Virus record (IMG/VR): IMGVR_UViG_3300007778_000019
Span: 1-35,687 of that record
DNA from: a virus
Taxonomy: Duplodnaviria > Caudoviricetes
DNA length: 35,687 bases
Direction: 5' to 3' (one strand)
Of the stretch, positions 29,218-35,687 are shown piece after piece. The notes beneath the pieces were generated by a model, which had not been told where the DNA came from, did no database searches, and worked only from the letters and a program-made list of their open reading frames with translations. How positions within the stretch are numbered: position 1 is the stretch's first letter; every line of letters begins with the position of its first letter. A program made the position numbers and the translations under genes.

Positions 29218-29805
29218 TTAGCTAAACATCTCGTAAATCTCTTTAGCAGTAGCATCACCGGAAAGCTTTGTACTGCAGGACATGTTAGGATAGAGCACTT
29301 CTAGCTCTGCTTCAAGGCCAACTTCGCTGTGGATAAGTTCACTGCACGGTATCGTACACATTGCATTTATTAGACGATTATTTATCCAAGCCAATAAATT
29401 AGGATCAGCTTTTACTAAGTAATACTGACTGTCATGGATCTGTGCTATAGGCAATATTTGATGGCTTAAGTTAGCTTCAGCAACTTCTTCCATAAACTTA
29501 ATAGCACTGTAATTATTCAGCAACCCATAAGACTGACCTAGCGCATTACCTGCTGTTCTGCCTTCAGCAGCTGCTTCAAACGGCATATGAGAGCGATTAA
29601 GCAATGTTTTATGTAATACTGGTGTCCTTACCCTAAGTCCAAAAGCAACTTCAATATAACCGTCCTTAGAGGCTTTCAGAAGCTTATCTTGAACCCATTC
29701 ATCACTGGCTTTGTAAAGTTCATGATAATTGTCTTCAATTTGTTTAGCTTCTTTTGGATCAAAGCCTAGGTTATTGACTAATGTATGCCAGGTTCCTTGG
29801 TACGT
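29218..29805 (-). CDS. DNA polymerase A, piece 3b: second half of motif B to the C-terminus
   Basis: TYQGTWHTL...FGLRVRTP...AEGRTAGNALGQSYGLLN...QIHDSQY (motif C). Similarity begins only at TYQG; the first 14 aa of the listed ORF from 29847 are out of the polymerase frame. Confidence 0.88.
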   Translation of the reverse strand, partial: TYQGTWHTLVNNLGFDPKEAKQIEDNYHELYKASDEWVQDKLLKASKDGYIEVAFGLRVRTPVLHKTLLNRSHMPFEAAAEGRTAGNALGQSYGLLNNYSAIKFMEEVAEANLSHQILPIAQIHDSQYYLVKADPNLLAWINNRLINAMCTIPCSELIHSEVGLEAELEVLYPNMSCSTKLSGDATAKEIYEMFS

Positions 29806-29948
29806 TACGTAAGAGCAAAGGTTGGACCCTTGCTCTTCTGCCTCCATTGACTGTATTTAGTCTCAATACTATTAATTTGAATACGGTTAAATTCACTATT
29901 ACTGATTTCGTGAATAGAATCAGGTTTATTTGATATGTGGATTTCCAT
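29805..29948 (-). CDS. DNA polymerase A, piece 3a (47 aa; not in the ORF track): first half of motif B
   Basis: Read by hand: MEIHISNKPDSIHEISNSEFNRIQINSIETKYSQWRQKSKGPTFALT*. INSI..KY...RQ.SK.PTFALT is N4-type motif B. Confidence 0.85.
   Translation of the reverse strand: MEIHISNKPDSIHEISNSEFNRIQINSIETKYSQWRQKSKGPTFALT
29811..29837 (-). promoter_or_regulatory. 12-bp mRNA hairpin immediately 5' of the ACG-TAA interruption (candidate recoding signal)
   Basis: mRNA AAGAGCAAGGGU-CCA-ACCUUUGCUCUU has 11 Watson-Crick pairs plus one G-U pair that forms only on the coding strand. Confidence 0.6.
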
Positions 29949-30516
29949 TAACTCTTGCTCTTTCTTGTTTCTGTCTTAACAACTCGGCATCTAGTAAATG
30001 TTCAATGCCTTGTTCTTTAGCAATTTTACGTATTTTTGTAGAAAGATACGGCACTCTATACGGTAGACGTAAAGATAGACTGTAATAGCTTTCACCTTCC
30101 AATACATCATGTAAACATTGGATAAACTCTTCTTTTGTAAGTCTACTAGTATATGTTTTAAGTCCTGTTCTAACTGCATGAATTGCATTTCCTTGACGTG
30201 TACACCACTCTAAATTACTAACCTGGTTATTTAACCTATCACCGTCTATATGGTTTACTTCAGGCAAGTTAAGTGGGTTAGGTATCCATGCTATAGCAAC
30301 AAGTCGGTGTACATACTTAGTGTATTGCTTACTATCTTTCCACAAACTTACTTGTGGGTATTTTAACCGTTTATTAGGTCTTGCACTTAATATTCTAGAT
30401 GGGCGTGGATAATAAACACCATCCCTACCTAAAACATATCTAGCTATAGATTTCACTACACCTGTGTCGCTTACAGCATATGAATCTTCAAAGCCTGTTA
30501 TTGGTAAAAAGTTCAT
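29926..30516 (-). mobile_element. NUMOD4-HNH homing endonuclease inserted in the DNA polymerase gene
   Basis: FLPITGFEDSYAVSDTGVVKS (NUMOD4) and VHRLVA.AWIPNP.NLPEVNHIDGDRLNNQVSNLEWCT..GN..HA (HNH). GGAG SD before ATG at 30516; overlaps both flanking polymerase pieces. Confidence 0.93.
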
Positions 30517-31069
30517 AAAATTCTTCTCCAGTGTATGCACTATTTTTGTATTTTATAGTATCACCAGATGTAAAACAAATGTCGGTGCCATTTACATTTG
30601 CACAGTATGTTTTTAATGCACTATTTTCAGGTATTTGACGTATGTCTGGCATTTGGTCTTTAAAGTACGCATAAGCTCTGAGACAGTGGCCATCGTATCC
30701 ATCCTCATAGACTTTCAATTTATTTGGATCTTTTGTTGTCAATGCAGCAATACGGTCTTCCAGACTAGAAAAGTCAGCGCCAATTAATACCCAGCCTTCA
30801 GGAGCTACAAAACACTTTTTAAACTTCTTAGCGTAAATAGTACCAGTAGACGGTAGATTCTGTAAGTTAGGATTACTACTGCTCATACGACCAGAAACAG
30901 TACCACCTAAATTAAAGTTACCATGTAAATAATGCCTACCGTCTGCTTTAGGTATGCTTTTATTTTTAAACGCTTTGATAAATGTATTTTGTAACTTGTT
31001 AATTTCAGCTAGGACATTAATGCTCTTTAACAACCGTAAAGCTTCAAGAGCTTCTTGTTTGGTTTTCAT
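30488..31069 (-). CDS. DNA polymerase A, piece 2 (end of thumb, palm motif A)
   Basis: GGTVSGRMSSSNPNLQNLP, IGADFSSLEDRI (motif A) and DGYDGHCLRAYAYFKDQMPDI, then a ~50-aa extension. Confidence 0.92.
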   Translation of the reverse strand: MKTKQEALEALRLLKSINVLAEINKLQNTFIKAFKNKSIPKADGRHYLHGNFNLGGTVSGRMSSSNPNLQNLPSTGTIYAKKFKKCFVAPEGWVLIGADFSSLEDRIAALTTKDPNKLKVYEDGYDGHCLRAYAYFKDQMPDIRQIPENSALKTYCANVNGTDICFTSGDTIKYKNSAYTGEEFYELFTNNRL

Positions 31070-32538
31070 AAGGCATCATACTCTTCGTCAGAAATATTGA
31101 ACTTAGTCTTAAGTTGACTAATAAGTTTTTTAACAGTTTTATTCCCAGTAGCAGGTAACCCAGTATCAGTAGTATCAATAACATCAAAGCCAATATGGTC
31201 ATATAACAACTTGGTTAGATGTACTGTACTTCCTGGGTTAAACAATACTTTGCAATCATCTAAAGACACCACTTTACGTTTTAGTGCTTTATTTCTGTTA
31301 ACAAATTCTTCTTTAGTAAGTGCCCATTCAAAGTCTTTAACTAACTGACTATGTTGGATCACTTGGTTATGTTGCTCACGTAAATCATTAAGTTCTTGAT
31401 CCAAGGTATCTACAACAGACATGTCCATTGGCATACCTACTAATTCCATTTGTGTAATGTTCTTTAACGCTGGAATAAATAGGTTCTTGTAAATGTCGAG
31501 TTGGTTATCTTGAACCAAAGTAGGGTAATGTTTACTGTAGGCATAGTGCGTAGATAAGGCGTCTACTAAATTATATTCTAACAGTTCTTTTTCAGGTATT
31601 TGTGTAATGTCATGAATCTGCTCTTGAGCATAATCACCTGCAAATTCAAAAGCTATAGCTTTCAAACTTAAATTATTACCTGTAGTAGAATTAGTAGCCA
31701 AATAAGCAATTAACTTAGTATCGTGCACTTTACGGTACATAACATCTAATCCTTGGATCATGCCTTCATAATCCAATGGGTGTTGCATAAATAAGTGATA
31801 CACAATGCAACGTATGTCGAATGTAGCGTTATGCCACATAGTCGTACCAGAATATGTACAAAAAAACTTTTTAATTGCAGGTATATTTTCGTCAGTAATT
31901 CTAAAAGCAATACCTTCATGTTGGTTCCAGGCAAAGCTAATCGTAGCAGGTACAGCTTTAGCCAGATCCAAACCATAAGTTTCAATGTCACAAGACAGCA
32001 TGGAATGCTGATGTAGTTTAGATAGTGTTGTTTCAACCTGAGAGAGCGTTTCAGGGTAATAAGCACTGTGTATGATGTTATGCCCTAGCTCTGTATAAGT
32101 CCCCTGTAACCAGCTGTTAAGGGTTTTTAAACTCAAGTCTAATTTGTCTTGTAATGCTGGGTTATGGAACAGTGCTTGATAATTAACACCGTAAATAATG
32201 TTTATGTGTTCAAAGTTTTTGATAGCACAAGGAATCACATAACCATAACAAGGTTCAGTCTTTGCTTTCTTGGTTAAAAACTTAAAATAAGCTGAATCTG
32301 CAACATATAACGTCTTAATATTATTTTCATTTAAGATGGGTAATATATGCTGCAGGTACTCTTTAGCAATAGCGGCTGTAATTTTATTATTATCTGGATA
32401 CTCCAGTGATAAAGCTACTACAGAGCTATTAATAAACCTAACATAATAGGAGTACAACAAGTCATAGCTACAGGCTTTGTCTTTAATAAGCAAAGCTACG
32501 CTAGGAAATTCATCCGGTGTAAAATGGTACTCTTTCAT
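31066..32538 (-). CDS. DNA polymerase A, piece 1 (N-terminal domain, 3'-5' exonuclease, start of thumb)
   Basis: ExoI CDIETYG, ExoII HNATFD, ExoIII YNLVD; thumb FNPGS...LLYD and TGLPATG. Confidence 0.92.
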   Translation of the reverse strand: MKEYHFTPDEFPSVALLIKDKACSYDLLYSYYVRFINSSVVALSLEYPDNNKITAAIAKEYLQHILPILNENNIKTLYVADSAYFKFLTKKAKTEPCYGYVIPCAIKNFEHINIIYGVNYQALFHNPALQDKLDLSLKTLNSWLQGTYTELGHNIIHSAYYPETLSQVETTLSKLHQHSMLSCDIETYGLDLAKAVPATISFAWNQHEGIAFRITDENIPAIKKFFCTYSGTTMWHNATFDIRCIVYHLFMQHPLDYEGMIQGLDVMYRKVHDTKLIAYLATNSTTGNNLSLKAIAFEFAGDYAQEQIHDITQIPEKELLEYNLVDALSTHYAYSKHYPTLVQDNQLDIYKNLFIPALKNITQMELVGMPMDMSVVDTLDQELNDLREQHNQVIQHSQLVKDFEWALTKEEFVNRNKALKRKVVSLDDCKVLFNPGSTVHLTKLLYDHIGFDVIDTTDTGLPATGNKTVKKLISQLKTKFNISDEEYDAL

Positions 32539-32546
32539 TAGATTGC

Positions 32547-32744
32547 CTATTTGTCATCATAAGTATTAGCTTTAACAATTGCTGCCAATTCTTCTGTGGC
32601 TTCTAGCAAATCTTCAAACTCGTCAAACAACTCATCATTAATATAAATGTACGTACCGTGCTCTTCATGCTCAATACGAATAGAGTTGCGATTTGATGCA
32701 AATAAATCTTCAAGTAAAATAAGTTGGTTTTTATGGAATCCCAT
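32547..32744 (-). CDS. Hypothetical acidic protein (65 aa)
   Basis: AGGAG SD; ends 8 nt before the polymerase start. Confidence 0.7.
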   Translation of the reverse strand: MGFHKNQLILLEDLFASNRNSIRIEHEEHGTYIYINDELFDEFEDLLEATEELAAIVKANTYDDK

Positions 32745-32778
32745 AATCAGTCTCCTATAGCTTCTATTATTTTCTTAC

Positions 32779-32805
32779 AAAAAAAAGCCCTACACGAGGT
32801 AGGGC
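32779..32805 (-). terminator. Rho-independent terminator
   Basis: Minus strand GCCCTA-CCTCGTG-TAGGGC followed by T8, in an intergenic gap. Confidence 0.85.
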
Positions 32806-32865
32806 AAGGTATAACTGTAGGGGAGTAAACTAATGCGTCTTTGCAAAGTTCACTTCAACTATAGT

Positions 32866-33045
32866 TTACGTTGTTGCTGCTTGCCACTCAACTTGAACGT
32901 GCCAAATTTGATTCTTTTTAATACTAGCTATGGATAGCCAAGTCTTTTTGTTCTTAATTGATTCTTCATCAATTTTGCTTAATACATACTCTAAATTTGA
33001 ATTGGTGTATAAACTTGTTGGATTATAAGTTTTATTTTTAGCCAT
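32866..33045 (-). CDS. Hypothetical protein
   Basis: GGAG SD before ATG at 33045 (MAKNK...); co-oriented with neighbours. Confidence 0.55.
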   Translation of the reverse strand: MAKNKTYNPTSLYTNSNLEYVLSKIDEESIKNKKTWLSIASIKKNQIWHVQVEWQAATT

Positions 33046-33087
33046 AGTTCTTAACTCCGCACACTCTAAACCTAGATATAAATGCAC

Positions 33088-33273
33088 TTACTCGCCCCTG
33101 TAAACTTCTTTAGGGTACATATCTTCCATTGTGTCACCGTATCTATCGTATTGACGTAAATATTTAGACATTGTGCTGTAAGACACGCCAAATTCACTGT
33201 GAAACCATTTAACAGGCATACCTTTTAACCACAATGCATAAGCTTCTTTCATTTCATTAATTGAAATTAACAT
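33088..33273 (-). CDS. Small putative helix-turn-helix protein
   Basis: AYALWLKGMPVKWFHSEFGVSYSTMSKYLR fits an HTH pattern; the start abuts the upstream stop. Confidence 0.6.
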   Translation of the reverse strand: MLISINEMKEAYALWLKGMPVKWFHSEFGVSYSTMSKYLRQYDRYGDTMEDMYPKEVYRGE

Positions 33274-33274
33274 A

Positions 33275-33460
33275 CTATTGTCCTGAGTAATTAACAGTAA
33301 TTTCTTTATCATCTACGTAAGCATCACAACTGCTACAATAAATCTCAGGATAAAAGTCTTTGGGTTCAAAGCGTTGAGTGTCTATCTCCCAGCCTACTAA
33401 GGCTACATACAGAAGTTCACCGTCACATAATGAACAGACTCGGTTTATTGTTTGGTTCAT
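33275..33460 (-). CDS. Small zinc-ribbon-like protein
   Basis: CSLC...YCSSC pairs; GAGG SD. Confidence 0.65.
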   Translation of the reverse strand: MNQTINRVCSLCDGELLYVALVGWEIDTQRFEPKDFYPEIYCSSCDAYVDDKEITVNYSGQ

Positions 33461-33463
33461 AAG

Positions 33464-33610
33464 CTAGTCCTCATTGTTATGTTGACTAGCACATCCTTCC
33501 ATAAATTCATCAGCTAAATTAAAAGCTGTAGGTATTAAAGCGGTTGGATCCAAATCACTGCGTGTAGCTAGTGCTATCAACAGTAATGCAGCTAGTTCGT
33601 CAGTATTCAT
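33464..33610 (-). CDS. Hypothetical protein (48 aa; not in the track)
   Basis: MNTDELAALLLIALATRSDLDPTALIPTAFNLADEFMEGCASQHNNED*; fills the gap between neighbours. Confidence 0.6.
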   Translation of the reverse strand: MNTDELAALLLIALATRSDLDPTALIPTAFNLADEFMEGCASQHNNED

Positions 33611-33656
33611 GACAAACTTCTTATTTGTGCTAGTTTTGTAACTGTAATATACATCT

Positions 33657-33884
33657 TTAATTTTCTCCTACAATTTTTTGCAAATAAACTTCTTGAAGAG
33701 TATCTGTGTCATACTCAACGATCTCATAGTTTTTAAATTTAACGTCTTGAATCTCTACTTCGTAAAAGTCTTCGTAGGTAATACCACCCCAAAACTCTAC
33801 TTTTTCAGTGTATTTGTCTACTGTGCCTAAAACTTCTAAATCGTCTATAGGCACATTAATTGTAATTTGTACGTAATGTGTCAT
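33657..33884 (-). CDS. Hypothetical acidic protein
   Basis: GGAGGT SD before ATG at 33884 (MTHYVQ...). Confidence 0.7.
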   Translation of the reverse strand: MTHYVQITINVPIDDLEVLGTVDKYTEKVEFWGGITYEDFYEVEIQDVKFKNYEIVEYDTDTLQEVYLQKIVGEN

Positions 33885-33898
33885 TAGATACCTCCGGA

Positions 33899-34186
33899 TT
33901 AAATTACCCAAGGCATAGCGAGTATTTGTTTGCGTGAGTAAGTTCTATAGTTAAGTGGACTATCTAGTGGATGGTAGCGGTTTACACCTGATCTAAAACA
34001 TCCACAGGATTTAACTTTTTTAATACTACTGGCTCTAGTAGTAAAATGTTTATTGCACACTTTACACTCTAAAACCCACATATGATCTCGTTGTTTTTTA
34101 ACGTAATGACTGTACTCAATAACCTTGATGTACTTGGTTTCAAAGTTAGTGAATATAGTTTTATTTTTTCCAATAGGTGTAGGCAT
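33899..34186 (-). CDS. Basic Cys-rich protein resembling the N-terminal Zn module of phage homing endonucleases
   Basis: IKVIEY...MWVLECKVCNKHFTTRASSIKKVKSCGC; no nuclease motif follows. Confidence 0.6.
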   Translation of the reverse strand: MPTPIGKNKTIFTNFETKYIKVIEYSHYVKKQRDHMWVLECKVCNKHFTTRASSIKKVKSCGCFRSGVNRYHPLDSPLNYRTYSRKQILAMPWVI

Positions 34187-34188
34187 AG

Positions 34189-34539
34189 CTATACCCAATT
34201 CTCCGCATGTAAAGGCGATTCAATCTGCCTAACAATGTATAAATGGTAGTCCATTGGATCACCTGACATTTCATTGTCATCGTTTTCTTCACCAATTCGT
34301 ATAAACCCATAAAGATCTCTTTCGCTTGGAATTTCTTCAATAGCTGCTAGTAAAGACTCCATGTAAGATACATCTGGATAATCCAAATACCACCTGGTTC
34401 CATTAACAGCCCAATGATAAGCACCATCAATAACTGTTTTGCTGTCATGCCAAAACGCATTGATACCTACACCAATGAGCACTTGTGCATCATAAGTATC
34501 TTTGTCTATAGCTATAGCTACATCACTTCGATAACCCAT
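34189..34539 (-). CDS. Phage hypothetical protein (MGYRSDV-type)
   Basis: MGYRSDVAI...RWYLDYPDV...FIRIGEENDD, a pattern recurrent in phage hypothetical proteins; AAGGT SD. Confidence 0.75.
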   Translation of the reverse strand: MGYRSDVAIAIDKDTYDAQVLIGVGINAFWHDSKTVIDGAYHWAVNGTRWYLDYPDVSYMESLLAAIEEIPSERDLYGFIRIGEENDDNEMSGDPMDYHLYIVRQIESPLHAENWV

Positions 34540-34541
34540 AA

Positions 34542-34709
34542 TTATCTACCTTTTAATATTTGATCCACAGTAAACAGAATGTCGTCTATAAAGTCATCCA
34601 TACTATTGCGGTGTACGATACTGCCAGTTTCTTCGTATCCATCTGCAGCTACTTTTAAGTCATAACATAGCTGGATTAATTCAGCTTCAAGTGTTTCTTT
34701 ATCAGTCAT
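34542..34709 (-). CDS. Hypothetical protein (55 aa; not in the track)
   Basis: MTDKETLEAELIQLCYDLKVAADGYEETGSIVHRNSMDDFIDDILFTVDQILKGR*; TAATG coupling with the upstream ORF. Confidence 0.65.
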   Translation of the reverse strand: MTDKETLEAELIQLCYDLKVAADGYEETGSIVHRNSMDDFIDDILFTVDQILKGR

Positions 34710-34861
34710 TATTTACTTCGATTATTATCTATTAAAGGTTTCTGCCCTTTGTCTAGCTCCCAGGGAATCCATGTATAACAATCTAAACAAAGTTTTCTAT
34801 GGATTGAACTGAATAAAGCTAAACAAGTAGAGTCACAGTTAGGACAAATTTTTGTGGTCAT
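34709..34861 (-). CDS. Small zinc-ribbon-like protein (50 aa; not in the track)
   Basis: MTTKICPNCDSTCLALFSSIHRKLCLDCYTWIPWELDKGQKPLIDNNRSK*; two CxxC pairs. Confidence 0.65.
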   Translation of the reverse strand: MTTKICPNCDSTCLALFSSIHRKLCLDCYTWIPWELDKGQKPLIDNNRSK

Positions 34862-34915
34862 TAAAAGTAATCCGAATTACTAGAGTTGTTAAATGCAGTT
34901 TTATATGTAACATAA

Positions 34916-35263
34916 TTAATCTGCTTCATCTTTCACCCACTTATTACCAAAACAAAGATACTGCATCTTCCGCCAAAACCATTTCGGCTCTTTGCCTTTC
35001 TCTGGTCGCCATACCATGCCATTGCCACGATTTCCAAACAAATAACAAAGCCATTCAGAAGATTCGTAAGGTTTAATAAACTCGGCATTATCTATCTTCA
35101 GAGTGTAATTGACTAGCTCGCCCCACTTAATTTGATGTACCGCCTCGTGATACCACGCCTCGTTACGTTGCTTTGCTCTTTCAGTAAGTGCCTTGATTTC
35201 AAATTTTGCTTTTTTTATGATGCTATTCTCTACGCTATCCTCTTGTGTTTTTTCTTCATTCAT
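34916..35263 (-). CDS. Hypothetical phage protein
   Basis: ATGA overlap with the upstream gene; Trp-rich C-terminal half (P.WFWRKMQYLCFG.KW). Confidence 0.7.
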   Translation of the reverse strand: MNEEKTQEDSVENSIIKKAKFEIKALTERAKQRNEAWYHEAVHQIKWGELVNYTLKIDNAEFIKPYESSEWLCYLFGNRGNGMVWRPEKGKEPKWFWRKMQYLCFGNKWVKDEAD

Positions 35264-35568
35264 AGCTCAACTCCCTTCATTCGTAAATAACACAAAGCCG
35301 CTGCCTTGGTTGGCGTATCTGCCCACACTTCTGCAATGTTTCCGCAACTAGCGGCGTGCCAATCTTTACCGTCAGTCATTGGCTCGTAGTGCAGATCAAT
35401 CTTCTCGCGCTCAATGATCGGGCCAATCCAACACCACTCCCTATAATCTATGCCTCTTATGTTTGGATGCCTGAGAGGAGTTACCACTGCACTACTTATC
35501 CAAGATTCGATCTTGTAGTCGGGGTACTCAATTTTAGCAATAGCTAAGTTAATCTCTGCGTCTCTCAT
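35260..35568 (-). CDS. NinX-like phage protein
   Basis: EINLAIA...W.WIGPIIEREKIDL...TP.KAAALCYL pattern of the NinX family. Confidence 0.7.
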   Translation of the reverse strand: MRDAEINLAIAKIEYPDYKIESWISSAVVTPLRHPNIRGIDYREWCWIGPIIEREKIDLHYEPMTDGKDWHAASCGNIAEVWADTPTKAAALCYLRMKGVEL

Positions 35569-35687
35569 CACTCACCCCCATTAGCCAGTCGTTTAATCTC
35601 TGCCTCAATGTAGAACTTGATCTTCTTTGCATCGCGCATCTTCTCGCTGTGCTCGACCTCTCCGTAACGGTAGCACGCACGAAAAAT
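35568..35687 (-). CDS. 3' end of a DUF3310-like phage protein, truncated by the window
   Basis: IFRACYRYGEVEHSEKMRDAKKIKFYIEAEIKRLANGGE*; the R.G......D.KK..FY pattern fits the family. Confidence 0.5.
   Translation of the reverse strand: MFRACYRYGEVEHSEKMRDAKKIKFYIEAEIKRLANGGE

Noticed and set aside
29801-29810. Transposon target-site duplication or a dead pseudogene
   Set aside because: No IS or transposase is present, and all exonuclease and polymerase motifs are intact with no other lesions. Kept only as a less likely alternative alongside assembly error.
29806-29847. ORF-track start at 29847 (MEAEEQGSNLCSYV...) as the true start of the last polymerase piece
   Set aside because: These 14 residues are the wrong-frame reading of motif B, there is no SD upstream, and using this start would cut the O-helix motif between two polypeptides.
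29878-30640. Group I intron or intein carrying the HNH
   Set aside because: The whole interval is covered by overlapping ORFs. I could not see a P7/core region or intein terminal motifs, and the HNH has its own SD and stop. A covariance-model search would be needed to exclude it formally.
1-35687. tRNA genes, integrase or stop-codon reassignment
   Set aside because: No cloverleaf or integrase was recognised. Genes are full length in the standard code and TAA ends most of them, so the motif-B TAA is not explained by reassignment, and the frame also changes there.

Overview
A 35.7-kb, AT-rich piece of an N4-like phage genome (Schitoviridae). The + strand (1-23209) is the late/virion module in N4 order: end of a probable tail-fibre gene, portal, gp58- and gp57-like proteins, major capsid, gp55/54/53/52/51-like proteins and a 3530-aa virion RNA polymerase. 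The - strand (23206-35687) holds the replication module (glutaredoxin, RusA-like resolvase, SSB, Sak4-like ATPase, primase/ATPase, PD-(D/E)xK nuclease, family-A DNA polymerase) and small ORFs. The most notable feature is the DNA polymerase, which is in pieces. It is split once at an ATGA overlap and again by an intron-less NUMOD4-HNH endonuclease. The last piece is broken inside motif B by a 5-nt insertion (ACG-TAA-CG-TAC): matched ACG codons around a stop, directly after a 12-bp mRNA hairpin and 47 codons from a new start. This layout parallels the T4 mobA / gene 60 endonuclease plus ribosomal-bypass cassette, so it may be an undescribed minimal bypass element. An assembly error cannot be excluded from this sequence alone. 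Family assignments come from motif recognition and synteny; no database searches were run.
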